Origin: Octopus vulgaris
Lineage: Eukaryota
Direction of reading: 5' to 3'
DNA: 64,000 nucleotides
Assembly (NCBI GenBank): GCA_951406725.2
Contig: OX597825.1
Span: 8,804,001 to 8,868,000, forward strand
A program made the position numbers and the translations under genes. The notes under the pieces were generated by a model. It searched no databases, was not told the DNA's origin, and worked only from the letters and a program-made list of their open reading frames with translations. Shown here in pieces: positions 1 through 12,993 of this stretch; position 1 is the first letter of the stretch, and each line of letters opens with the position of its first letter.

Positions 1-915
1 CAAATTTTCTTCAAACTTTGATGTTCAAATAATTGTATATATCCCGTGTTTTTCCACTCATCGATATTTTCATTGTAGCATTCGATTTATATCTCTTTGG
101 GGGTAAGACACTCTGTTCCGTTTATCCTATCTACTCTATTGATATTTCTACGCTAACACTGAGAATTCCCTTGTCGATTTTCGAAACACATATATATATA
201 TACACAATACTTCAAAATACAAAAATATTTTTTCTTCATATATCGTGTGTCTTTGAATGTGTATATACATTCTTTATATTGATGTATCCGTGTGCTTTAA
301 CCATTGCGACCGCTTCGAGGCTTATTGCAGCAATGAACCAAATATCATTTCTTTTATAAATTTATACATGAAAAATTTTATCAGGTATTATGTGTAAAAT
401 AATATCTTTGGGTGACATATATTTAGTTAATTTTCCGGATATTATATATATAGTGTAAAGTAAACGTTTTTGTTTGGAAAGCTGAAATTGCCTCAAAATC
501 ATTTGTACAGGTGAATAGGTGACTGTGTATATAGGAGTTAATTTCATGAAAACATTATAGTATGTTATTGTATTGCGAAATGTTAAAAGACTTTCTGTTT
601 AAATGCGTGTATGTTAATTGCTAGCTACAACTGGTTGGATATGATACAGGAATATGATAATATGTGTTCACGCTGATAGATGATTCAGCATGTCGTAACG
701 GAAATATGTGAATGTATGCGTTCATTGTTATGATATATGTTTCTGAAACTGTCAACGGAATTTAATGAATGTGTGTGTTAATTGTTGTGTCAAATGTTCA
801 GGCATATGCATCCGGACATAAATGAACGTATTGATGTGTCTTACTGAACCATGTTACATGTACAAGGATACTTATCTGGAAATTGTTGTTAGACCAGCTG
901 ACCGGTGTCAGCTGG

Positions 916-960
916 TCTAGGCCGAAGAAGGACAATCATCCTGAAACACGTGTCTCTAGA
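916..960 (+). ncRNA. Candidate minimal type I hammerhead ribozyme (Penelope pLTR-like), U4C core variant
   Basis: TCTAGG-CCGAAGA-AGGA caatca TCCT-GAAA-CACGTG-TC-TCTAGA: stem I TCTAGG/TCTAGA, stem II AGGA/TCCT, palindromic stem III ACACGTGT, GUC cleavage triplet. The core reads CCGAAGA instead of CUGANGA. Confidence 0.6.
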
Positions 961-1270
961 TGCAGCCCGGGCGGCCGGGGGTGTTTGTCTCCCCTTCGTA
1001 AATGTATATAAGGACACTGGAAAAATGTGTCAAAGCCATCAGGAGGCGTCGATGCTTCCTAGGGCTATACAGTGGTGGTGCACCCCCCTACTGTCACGTT
1101 CGTGTTAGATAGACAGTATACAACCATTCTATCGCCCCACCACCGTACATGTCTCTACGAGAGATTTAGAAATTTAGTATTTCTGATTTTGATAAACAGT
1201 GAATAGACTTCACTGAAATTTAGATATATACGTTGCGAGGCGAGACAAATATCACCAGCTGAATAAAATA

Positions 1271-1332
1271 TAAAGGCGGTGCTCCAGTATGGCCGCAGTC
1301 AAAATGACTGAAACAAGTAAAAGAGAGAGTAA
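1271..1332 (+). mobile_element. 3' tail fragment of SINE family B (or of its partner LINE)
   Basis: aaggcggtgctccagtatggccgcagtcaaaatgactgaaacaagtaaaagag matches the reverse complement of 15990-16047. Confidence 0.8.
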
Positions 1333-3632
1333 AGAGATATTGTTAATTGCACAGAAATATGTCTTTGCATATGTGTCTGGAAAAGTATGATAGTGTGGCT
1401 TTATTGTTAAGCTACGTTTTGAAACACATAAATTTACATTTAAAGTGTACATTTTGTACTTTCGGGCAATGGTTGGCAACAAAAGGGCATCTAGTTGTTA
1501 TGATTATATCGAATGTGAGGAACTGATCAAATTTAGATACGATCTAGTATATGTCTTTAAAAATGGGGAGATTGTAAACTGATCAGGAGCTCCGGGGAAC
1601 AATGAAGACTAATGAGATTCGTTTCTATTCCGAAGACGTCGCATAAAAAATGACTAAGTGTGGGCAATTAATTAAAATGATCCTCCAGAACGGTTCTATG
1701 GAAAATTAAATTGGATTCAACTAAAAATAGCTGGAGCGTCTACAAACGGAGAGCAATTAGAATGTGCAACAATAACATCAACAATATTACACATTAAGTA
1801 AGAAATGGTTTAAAAATCTATAAATTAATCTGAGTGGACAACAATGTAACACTTTATAATAGAGTTTTATAAGTGATTGAAGGAATGACCAAATGGGGAT
1901 TTAGTGAGATATTTAATTAGAATGACAGTGGGGAAGTTTCGTTGTGAATTAGGTAATTCATTACTCCATCGTCCCTTAGTGCGTGCCAATGTTGAATTGG
2001 GGTTAAATTTTATCGATTCTGTTAGTAAAGTGGTGTTACACCACTATAAAAGTGGGAGGTATTTTGCTTTTATGTATGCAAAATACAAATCATAAGTAAT
2101 TCTCCTGAGCGTTTTAATGATTATCGGATGAAAGTTTTCATAGATTTTATCCGATCAGTCCTCCTGCATTTTATCCATGTCCAATATATTTATCACGTTC
2201 TGACTATCGAGCTGCAAATGGAATCTATTGAAATCTAGAATGAGTATTTGCAAGCCGCACTGAAGTCAAATTTTTTCCCTTCATCGACAAAAGCAAGAAT
2301 GGCAGTGAGCACTTTTTCTCCTGCGTCAACTGGCCGTGTAAACTAGTACAAAAATTTACGATGTCTCAACAGTATAAGCGCTATCATTGACATGCTTACG
2401 GAAGTATCAATGCCATACAGCTCTTGGCTTTTCTAATAGTGCACACATCCATAAGGATATATTCAGTCAAGTTTTCATACAAACACACACACACTAACAC
2501 ATACACATAATGACCTTCACGTAATTGAGAACTACTATGAAATTTTGAGATTTCCATAGAAAATAATTCATAACAAAATACATTGAGTTTTCATTCCTTT
2601 GTCAACAACTTCATGGGAGATATGTGTTATGTTCAATAAAAGTAGCTAGAACAAGTAATTTTCTTTAAGGTACTGGTGATTTATTGACTAAGCTGTCTTG
2701 GTAATTAAATATGAATATACAATTAACGAGAAACAATATATAGTAATTCAAGTGTTGGTATTATTTCTGTCCTCCTCTAGATAAACGTTAAGTGATATCA
2801 TCGAATAACATAAGAACATAAGCAGAGCAAAAATTAAATTACGGGAAGTTTTGAAACACCTATCAAACGTCATTAACACACTAGCATTTATTCCTAGAAC
2901 ATAAAAATATTAATCTATTCTTACAGTTAAACAATGTTTCGAATGTTCTACCCGGTTAGAATATCTCCGACGAACACTTACAAAATGGGCAGAGAAATTC
3001 GAAAATATTTTTAGCCGAAGAGAAAAGCTTGCTTTGCAAAGTACCACAATATCTAGGGAAAAATCCAGTGGACGCACGTCATGCAAATGATAACTCAATT
3101 CTATAGTGACAATAAAAACACATTATTCTGAATCGTAAAGTATGGGTGAGTGCAAATTAATCTGAATACAGCTAAATTCTCATACGAAAATTGTATTATT
3201 AAGAAACCAATTGTGTGGCTTACTTCGTAAGTGATCTCATAAAATACACAATTCATTTTGGTATGAGATTTTATAAACAAATGCTACACATTTCAGAAAA
3301 TATATCTCGCAAACTTGCATAGAATTTAGGTTGAGGAAGTAGGTGATAAGAAAAAGGGTTCAGACTCAAGACTTGTGTATGGGAAATACATGAAATTCGA
3401 CATATGTACGAGGAATTTGGTTAACCGGAGTTAATGGTGTAAGATTCTGGAGAAAAATGATGTTGATTTAGAACGATAATAAGTGCCAGAAAAATACAAA
3501 TTAAAAATTAATATCTAAAACATAAATATAAACAAATATAAATTTATAAACACACACACACACACGTACACACATAAATACATACATACATACATACATA
3601 CATACATACATACATACACACATATATATATA

Positions 3633-4029
3633 CTAACAGTATCGCCCGGCATTGCTCGGGTTTGTAAGGGAAATAACTATAAAGCATTTTTAGAGAGTTA
3701 TAGCCAAAAAAAGCAAAAAAATGCATTAAAAATGGAAAAAAAATTATGGTAAATTTTTTTTAAATCGTTGACTCATCGTAGACATTTTTAGAGAGTTACT
3801 TCCCTTATATAATAGCGAAAAAAATGCATTAAAATGGAAAAAAGATGATGGTAAATTAGTTTTAAAATCGTAGACTCATCGTAGACGCGCGCTAATACCC
3901 AGAAGGGCTCGATATGAATCACGACTATAAGATACCCGGTTTTGGTTACACTGCATCGCAAAATGTGGGAGTAGTTAGGAATCTAAATCGTAGGAGACAG
4001 ACACACAACTTCACTTTTATATATAAAGA
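3633..4029 (-). mobile_element. Non-autonomous Helitron, tandem unit 1
   Basis: Minus strand starts TCTTTATATATAAAAG and ends with the subterminal hairpin CCCGAGCAATGCCGGG followed by CGATACTG-TTAG (CTAG variant) and then T. Internal sequence is shared with units 2 and 3. Confidence 0.8.
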
Positions 4030-4561
4030 CTAGCAGTATCGCCCGGCGTTGCTCGGGTTTGTAAGGGAAATAACTATATAAGCATTTTTAGAGAGTTATA
4101 GCAAAAAATGCATTAAAAATGGAATAAAAAATGATGGTAATTTTTTTTTTTAAATCGTTGACTCAGTGTCTTCAAGCCATGAAATCGTTGTTCTAAAAGG
4201 ACGCTGGTCTCCTTGACAACGCTTTACGACGTTGATTTCCTTACACTCCCTTCCCCACAGCTTCACGAGGGAGGGAAGAAGGGGGAGAAGCAAACAGGTG
4301 CAGGTGTGACCATGGACGCCAACTCCGCCGCCATCGACACACGAAAAATTATGCATTAAAATGGAATAAAAAATGATGTTAAATTATTTTTAAAATCGTA
4401 GACTCAACGTAGACACGCGCTAATAACCAGACGGGCTCGATATGAATCACGACTATAAGATACCCGAATTTGATTAAACTGCACCGCAAAATGTGGGAGT
4501 AGTTAGGAATCTAAATCGAAGGGGACAGACACTCACACAACTACAGTTTTATATATATAGA
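4030..4561 (-). mobile_element. Non-autonomous Helitron, tandem unit 2
   Basis: Minus strand A|TCTATATATATAAAAC...CCCGAGCAACGCCGGG-CGATACTG-CTAG|TC: canonical 5' TC, 3' hairpin plus CTAG. Carries a GC-rich internal block (about 4165-4345) that is absent from unit 1. Confidence 0.85.
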
Positions 4562-4637
4562 TTTGTGCAACTAAAACATTCGGTTGTGCAAATTGTTTGC
4601 ACAGGAAACCTGCCCTATATGGCGGTTTTTGCCGATT

Positions 4638-4962
4638 TTTTACGACGTTGATTTCCTTACACTCCCTTCCCCACAGCTTCATGAGGGAGGGAAGAAGGGG
4701 GAGAAGCAACACAGGTGCAGGTGTGAGCGTGGACGCCAACTCCGCCGCCATCGACACACGAAAAAATATGCATTAAAATGGAATAAAAAATGATGTTAAA
4801 TTATTTTTTAAATCGTAGACTTATCGTAGACGCGCGCTAATACCCAGACGGGCTCGATATGAATCACGACTATAGATACCCGAATTTGGTTAAACTGCAC
4901 CGCAAAATGTGGGAGTAGTTAGGAATCTAAATCGAAGGGGACAGACACTCACACAACTACAG

Positions 4963-4965
<3 letters not shown>
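4638..4965 (-). mobile_element. Non-autonomous Helitron, partial unit 3 (lacks 3' CTAG end)
   Basis: Near-identical direct repeat of about 4222-4550. Its 5' end runs into (TA)n at 4964-5001. Confidence 0.8.
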
Positions 4966-5004
<39 letters not shown>

Positions 5005-5026
5005 TCGCTGTTTATTTCCTCTTGTT

Positions 5027-5066
5027 CTTTTTCTGTTGCAGAGCGTAGGCTCGAAACGTAAAAGAC
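5027..5066 (+). ncRNA. Degenerate hammerhead-like motif (Penelope pLTR relic)
   Basis: CTTTTT-CTGTTGC-A-GAGC gtag GCTC-GAAA-CG-TA-AAAG: stem II, GAAA and stem I are present but the core is mutated. Lies next to (TA)n. Confidence 0.45.
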
Positions 5067-7489
5067 TTTCTCACGTCACACGTGAATATTTCATGGATTT
5101 AATGGTAAATGTATTGGGTTATTGCTGAAACGTTTATCCAAAAAACTGAGAAAAAACCTGAATGGGTACCCTGTGCTGTGTTTGCATGGAAATATGGCCG
5201 CCCATCATTGAAAAATGAAAGAAATTGGAATACAATGATTGCTCATCATTGGAAAGGGTAAGAATTTGGAATAGGATGATTGAAAGAAATTAGAATACGA
5301 TGATATATACTTTATATACTTCATTCATGGTTTTATAGACTTAATACACAGCACTCATAAAATGAGATTTTATGAGTGCCACTCATAAAATCAAGGCAAT
5401 AGAAAATATTCGTTGGACTAAACTGTGAGTTAATAGAATTAGATAATGAAACTTAATTTTCTGTTTCCTGTCACTATATTTATCATAGAAAATATTTTTT
5501 GGACTATCTAACACAGATAAATAGCATTCATGAAATAAATATTCACTTTATGTTTCCATTCTTCCTATAAACAAAATTAAAATATCCCGTACATATGATA
5601 AACCTTTAGTTAAATTGTATGTATTTGCCGCGCAAATAAGTGTCAATATTTCATGGAACAGCACTTATACGCATGCGTTTAGTGATAGGTGGTATAAAAT
5701 AAACTTTGTTCAATTAAAAAAAATTAAGCAATGTTGACCCTCCAATGATCACCACCACCGTATCTCTACCACTACCACCACTATCATCATCGTTCTCCTT
5801 CCACTCACTCTCCCTCTTCATTTTCTGTCTTCCTTATCTGTCTGTCTCTCCTTCTCTCTCTCCATACCTTTCTTTAACCTCACCATCTGAACATCACCTC
5901 TCTGCTTACATTATATTTTTAACTCTCCCCCTCTACATCATCACTACCCTCAACTAACCTTTTTTAACCACATAGTATATATTACGCTCCCCCTACCTCA
6001 CGTCATGGACGCTTCTCTTTCCATCGTTTTATCTCTCCCTCTTTTTATTCCTCTTTTTCATTCTCCCACATTCTGTCTCACTCTTCGCCTTATCCCTTTT
6101 CTCTCTCCTTTTCCTTTCCCCTGTCTTTCCCTTGATCTAATCACAATGAAATTCCCTCTATCTCACGCCATAGACGATTCCCTCTCCCTATTTCCTTCTT
6201 CCCTACTTTTTTCTTCTAAACACGTGAAAGCATTACCGACGGGCTAAGTAACGGAATGACAAGCAGAATTATTATAAGATACGTATGTATGTATGTATTA
6301 TGTATGTATGTACATATGTATGTATGTAAGTATGTATGTATTTATGTATGTATATATAGAGGGAGAGAGAGAGTGACAATGGGGGAGAATAGAAAAGGAT
6401 AGAAAAGTGGAAACATAATAGAACAGAGGATTATAATTTGAAACATGATTTTGTTGTTGTTCGCTGTTTGACACAGCTAAAGACTGTGGAACTGGCTTAC
6501 GCACCGTGGACATATGGCTTAAAATATGTTACAAGTAGCAGGCGCTATTGATGTTAATTACCTTCAGTGTATGGAAACGACGCTTGATATGGTTGCGGAA
6601 GCAAGTCATGAAGAGAAACTAACAAACCTGTTTCATTTACTTGTTCTATTCGCCTAAGATCCAGTTAGATAAATAGAATATATGCGTCATTGATTTATTT
6701 ACGACAGTGAATAGGCGTGCTTTGCTGTGGTTTAAATGTTGTTAGAAGTATTTAACGGTTTTACAGCGAAGTTTGAGTAGAATCATGTAACTCTTCTATT
6801 TTTCTTTTTAATTGCTCTTTGTATTTTTCATCACAGATAGAGAAATATTATATACGTTGTTCCTGTGTTTACAGCGTTTAGCGTATGTATTTTTCACTTG
6901 TATACATTCTCTTAGGGGTGCTTAACACTTTTCTAAGTTTGTTACAGTTTCGGCTGCGTTTACAGCTTTCGTAAAGTTGTACCTTGTTAAGATCTCTAAT
7001 GTTCATCTTTTATTTTCTGTTTGTTTTAACTCATGAAAGTGTTTTACATTTTGATTTTTTTAATTTGGAAGGGATACAAACGCAGCCTGGGGTGCTTTCA
7101 AGTTTTTTTTTATTGGTGATAAAAGGAAGATGTCTGCGTAACGGGTATCCAGAACAAAGCATATAGTCACAGAAAAAAGCGTGGATTTTGAATTTTGAAG
7201 ACAGTGTTTTAGTTCGATAACCCGAGGTGTTTAAGATTGTTTCTTGTGATGGCAGACGGCAGATGTTTGCGAATTTGTGAAGTTAGAAAAAAATTATATT
7301 CTCACCGAAAATCGTTGATTACCAACTCTTACGCTTATTTTTAAAAGAAATTTCAGTAGGACACCTGGGTTGTAATATTATTTCTCTTTCTTCTGTTGTT
7401 AACTCACTGGAGATACGAAAACCACGTCTAGTCACAAAAACAGCAATACACTGCCACGCTTCTCCTTACCCCTCCTCTTCCCTCTCTTT

Positions 7490-7710
<221 letters not shown>

Positions 7711-7739
7711 CTCCTACATCTATTTGTCTTATATTTTGG

Positions 7740-7885
7740 CAAGAAGATTGGCCTCTTTGCAACGAGTTCAATTCTACCAAGGTCGACTTTGCTCACCATT
7801 CTCTCGAGGTCGATAAATTAAAGTAAAAATCAAGTACAAAGATCGATGAAGTAGACTTACACATTTCCTTAAATTACTTGGCATT
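7740..7885 (+). mobile_element. Degenerate SINE family D fragment
   Basis: gagttcaattc...aggtcgactttgc...catt...gaggtcgataaattaa resembles 42890-42950. Confidence 0.6.
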
Positions 7886-7903
7886 GGGAACGAATTGGAA
7901 ATT

Positions 7904-7904
7904 A

Positions 7905-7970
<66 letters not shown>
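7904..7970. repeat. (TAG)n microsatellite
   Basis: Read directly. Confidence 0.97.
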
Positions 7971-8361
7971 CAGCATGATCTAATTATATTTGGTTTAATG
8001 ATGCGCATGAAATAATGAAGCAACATTCGGGAAATAATATTTCAAATATTACTGAAAATTCTTCTAGCTACTTTTTTTTAAAAACTCATCTCAGATCACG
8101 AATTACAGACAATTACAGATATACAACAATGTAAGCGGAATAACATTCAATATATTTTATACTGAATGGTAACGTGATATAAAACATAGCTTTAATACAT
8201 GGAATAAGAAAATTTGTAACATGGCATGTATATATATATATGCGGCGGTAACGAAAATTCTCTGCCTTTCGGGGAAACAAAATAGAGGAGGATCAGTTAA
8301 TTATGATTTTATTCAATACATTTTCCTCTCAGATTCAAAATATTTATATTTTTATTCATTT

Positions 8362-8405
8362 ATGTCCTGAAGAGACCCAGAACGAGTCGAAACATTTGTC
8401 GTACT
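8362..8405 (+). ncRNA. Hammerhead-like motif with canonical core
   Basis: CTGAAGA-GAC ccagaacga GTC-GAAA-CATTTG-TC. Stem I pairs poorly. Confidence 0.55.
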
Positions 8406-8517
8406 AAATACATTTTTTCCATCTATTTTATTAATACTGTTATATTAATACTGTTATATATATATATATAAGAAATTTGAAAACGCTACTATATGAGATA
8501 AATTTTAATTTTCTTAC

Positions 8518-8565
8518 AAATTTTACATGTTTCGGTTCTTGAAAAAACGAACCTTATCAAAAATA
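8518..8565 (-). ncRNA. Hammerhead-like motif with U3-A8 compensatory core
   Basis: Minus strand: ATTT-TTGATAA-GGTTC gttttttcaa GAACC-GAAA-CATG-TA-AAAT. Perfect 5-bp stem II, palindromic ACATGT stem III, GUA triplet. Confidence 0.55.
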
Positions 8566-8815
8566 TTCTAAAAAGTTTAGTGTAATAAACAAAGTTCATA
8601 ATTGTTTCTTAAAGTCTCAACAGAATCCACGTGGTGGTTTTTTGTGGGGAGGAAGCATAATAGCTGTCTTATGTGTTGACTAATGTTGGAGAAATGACCA
8701 ATGGCCGAAACAGCAGTAGCAGCAGTGACTGTTGGTTGTAGTAGTAGTGACCGTGGTGGCGGTGGTTGGAGTTGCAGCAGTTCATTGGCTGTAGTAGTAG
8801 CAGCAGCAGCACCAT

Positions 8816-8893
<78 letters not shown>
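8816..8893. repeat. (TAG)n microsatellite
   Basis: Read directly. Confidence 0.97.
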
Positions 8894-8895
<2 letters not shown>

Positions 8896-8900
8896 ATCGT

Positions 8901-9215
8901 ATCACCTGTGCATCAGAAAACTTAATTTACGTGTTAACATGCGCAGGGTGCAATAGGCAATATATAGGCCATGCACAAAACAGCCTACGAAAAAGGATGG
9001 CAGTACGTAAATCCCAAATTAGGAATCCTGAATACAGGAAAATACCAGTCAGCGGTCACATAGATATATGTGCTTCAAATAAAAATCCCAAATTCACAAC
9101 TTGCCCACTTTACCAATTCAGTAACAACGTAACGTTCACTCAACGTCATAAGAAAGTACTCTATTTTATTAGAAAATTCGAACCTAGTTTAAACACCCTG
9201 GGCCAGGAACATTAA
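8901..9215 (+). mobile_element. Penelope-like element 3' fragment, GIY-YIG endonuclease domain (5'-truncated, probably dead)
   Basis: ITCASENLIYVLTCAGCNRQYIGHAQNSLRKRM...HIDIC...FIRKFEPSLN: LIY-CxxC-YIG-R motif and C-terminal P.LN typical of PLE GIY-YIG. The expected His and Glu appear substituted. Confidence 0.85.
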
Positions 9216-11744
9216 AACAATATGTTGGTCTTCCGAAAAGAAAAATGGAATTCTACCACTACCACCACGATCACTACAACTACTACTACAACAACAACCA
9301 TGGTGGGGGTGGTGAGGGGGAACGCTTTGAACGTGGCCTTGGCGCCAAGAGAGCAGCTGCCCGAAAGAGTTTGGGAATCATGTCTAGAATCTCACTTCCG
9401 CTTTTCCCCGCAAATAATATAAATAGCAAAGAAACAATGTGTTTGTATTTTTTATTTTACACACGCCTACCTTTATTAATATCTAAATTCGTTTCTAATA
9501 TTGGGGTTTACGATGTCATTCATGAAATAATTATAGATATACGTATTTAACATGAGGAAGCTTTGTAGTTTCAAGATTATTGCCATTGACTTGTATCATT
9601 CGAATAGAATAATTTCTGCAAGGAACACGGGCATTGTGTCGGAGACCTCAAACGTAGCATGTTTCGTAAAGGACATATCAATTCTATTGAAATTTATATC
9701 TGAATAATATACGTCTGTGTATGTGCTTGCGTGCGTGAATGTGTGTGTACCCATGTGCACCCATGTGTAAGAGAATACCGCACATGCATGAACATAAGCG
9801 GGTGGATTTGCTTATGTTAAATGAAATTATTTGTAAACAAACAAGTATTAATCATGGCTTCTATCTTGCTGGAAGTCTGACTGACATTACTGTTATAAAT
9901 TGAATATATGGTTCAGAAAATTTACTCTGAATATGTTTCAGGCGTTGTCTTATATGTAGCAGGTCTTTGCTTGTCATATTCACAGATCTAAATGTTATTC
10001 AATTGTAGATATATCTTCAAATGTGTATAAAAATCCAAATCTTTTTTTGATTTGAAATTTATGTTTTGTATTCTTCTACTTTTATTAGGGGTTGATACAT
10101 AAATGTTGTTTTATTTCTGCATTTATATATCTGATATTTTCTATGATAAACGTCTGGTAACTTTAAGATTGATAATAAAATAGAAACAGGCTTTAATGTT
10201 TCAAATGTACGACGAACCACCGGGTAACAGTTTTGACACTCTGATAACAGAATGAGACGGATTTAGTACAAATTCCAATGAAGCCGAGATTAAGGAATAC
10301 CGTCCAATATCATAAAAATCAAGCAAAATTAGATAAAAATCTATGAATAAATGTTCTGCTTATGAATGAACATATCTTCTTGGAGCCATATTCGATAAGA
10401 TAGTCTTAAAGAAATCAGTTGAAATGCGAACAAATATAATGATATAAGCGTGTAGAAATCGATGACAGTATGTAATATATTTGAAACGCCATTGAATATA
10501 GTTTTGCATCGAGTAAAATGTGTTGCATGAATATCTCTATGTCCAAGTGATAGTTTATATGGTGGCTGTATATTAAATGTATTCTACTTTCCATCAAATA
10601 CATATAAATAAATATTTGAAGTACGTATCTGATACAGTTGATATTCAATAAAGTATTACACGTAGTGGCTTCAGTTCACAATGGAGATTTTTATATAGAA
10701 ATCCTTATTCAGAATGGACATTTTCCATAAAAAATAATCCCTTCAAATGACTATAAAAATTATTTGTAAACTTGTTGTAGACTTACCTAAAATAAGCATC
10801 ACATATAGAAGATATAGTATTTTACTACAATGTAGAAATATGTGTATTCCTTTGCTTCACATAGACAAGAGAACACTATGAAGAAGCAATATACATGAAA
10901 ATGTTTGTGATTTCGTACATAACATATTTAAAATCTAGTGAGCTATGTACGTAACATTTCGAAAGTAGGGGAGATATATTAGGAAAGTGAAAAATTAAGT
11001 TTTCGTGTTGGTAATACAGAAGAAAGTTTATGTTAAATGAGTTTTGGAAACAAATATTTTAATTAATAATAGTAAAGTAGAAGCAATACGTAAATATATA
11101 AATGTTTTCATTTACTGTATTATTAGCATTCAGTCATGGATGTTGTGTCAGTCCTCATACTCATGTAATTTGCATAGTTGATGAAGGCAAGGCGAAAAAG
11201 AAAATGAATAAGTAGAGATCGTGGTAAACAACTAATAAATATTAATGAACCAATCTAACTGTTATAGTGTAAATACTTCCGTGACTAGTGAAAACCAGCG
11301 TTATGAGAGTAAGGGGATGAAATTTTAACTTTTAATTTAATACAACTTTCACCTTGAAAATAGAGAAAACACTTGTTATTGCGTTTGTTGGAGAGTTAGA
11401 AATGAAGATGAATAATAGAAATGTTAAACAAAGCAAGTATTATATGAATGTCTAGGGTTTCATGAGAAAGCCTCATGTATTTAATGCACCCAATTAAGTG
11501 GCGGGCTATTTATCCAGGTTTGCAACAAATGTAAAACGAAATACCTGTACTTAACAAAGGTTCATTTGCAATTTCAAGAAAGGCAGCAGGTTTCTTTAGT
11601 TCATAAGGATAAACAATGTTTTATTGGCACATAATTGTAGGATTTCCTTCACTTTCAGTTAGAACTTACCACTTATGCTGATAAAAATATTCGTATCGAA
11701 TGCATTAACCTTGTTCTTCATTAATCAAACATACTTCCGTAATT

Positions 11745-12130
11745 ATTTTTTCTACAGTAGAATCAAAGCCCGCAATTTTGTGCGGAGTGGGCCAGTCGAT
11801 TAGCCCGACCCAGTAAGCAACTGGTACTTAAAGGATGAAAGGCAAATCAACATCGGCACAAATTGAACTCAGAACGTAAAGACAAACAAAATACCTATTT
11901 CTATTTCTTTACTACCAACAAGGGGCTAAACACAGAAATGACAAACACGGACAGACAAACGGATTAAGTCGATTATATCGACGCCAGTGCGTAACCGATA
12001 CATATTTAATCGACCCCGAAAGGATGAAAGGCAAAGTCGACCTCGGCGGAATTTGAACTTAGAACGTAGCCGCAGACGAAATACCGCTAAAGTATTTTGC
12101 CCGGTGTGCTGTTTCTGCAAGCACGCTGCC
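11745..12130 (-). mobile_element. SINE family D, dimeric/nested copy
   Basis: Reverse complement of the 42817-43049 type sequence, followed by a second partial unit joined at AAAGAAATAGAAATAGG|TATTT. Confidence 0.85.
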
Positions 12131-12961
12131 ATAATTATGTCCCACTTTACATATGCTCAATGTACTATGTTTCTAATATCGTTTAGTCACCTATCTAGAG
12201 CTTCTAGTGCACCACGGTGTTATTTTGTTCATTGTTATCCCGACGTGCTAATTTTTCTGTTTTTTTTGTTTACTAGGTGCTGTCCATGTTACAGGATATG
12301 TCATAAAATGTCCGTCAGAATTAACCCTTTAATCGTTCTTTACCACACCTCAAAATATATATCGTACCAGTTTTACTATTCATGTGTAAAGCACTAGTTC
12401 GTATTATCTTTCTAGTTTTGATGTCTAATTATATTATATGTTCCCCTGTCCAGCCTCCTAAGCTAACCGTTGCTACAAACACTGCGTAATGAGGCAGCAT
12501 TTGGGGATATGATTTTATTGACTCTCAGTAACAATGGCGTCCATGCCTATCGACTTAAGCTGAAGTGTTCATTTGCTTCTCTAGATTTAATCACAGTGAC
12601 AATCTATACAATCTATGCAAATACCGAGTTTATTTGTCTGTCTTATTTTTTGTTATAGCAAACGTCATTAGTGAGTTCTTTGACGTTTCATTATCTTGTC
12701 GACAATATTTTCTCGTTTGACTACAAATTATGAACAGTTAACCAGTTCTGTGCACGTTATGACATTCCTGAGCACCACCTGCTTCGTGACTTTGTGAAAG
12801 ATTTTTTCTCGTAGAGTCATCAAAAACCCAAATGCGTGTGATGTTAGTTCTCCGCCCCTCTGCAGATTTTATATTGCATTTACAATTCATAACCAAGTAC
12901 GACGAGCTGGCTTACGGCTGGGATATAAAAACAGCAGATATAGCCTATTAGTGCTTATACA

Positions 12962-12993
<32 letters not shown>

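Noticed and set aside
3633-4965. CRISPR-like or satellite interpretation of the direct repeats
   Set aside because: Units are 330-530 bp with Helitron termini. There is no short repeat-spacer periodicity and no cas gene.
8240-8340. Possible mariner/MITE end, and similar hints near 36530 and 56745
   Set aside because: No matching second TIR found in the window.
10285-10620. EYRPIS motif suggesting an old LINE RT
   Set aside because: A single short motif with no colinear support that I could read.
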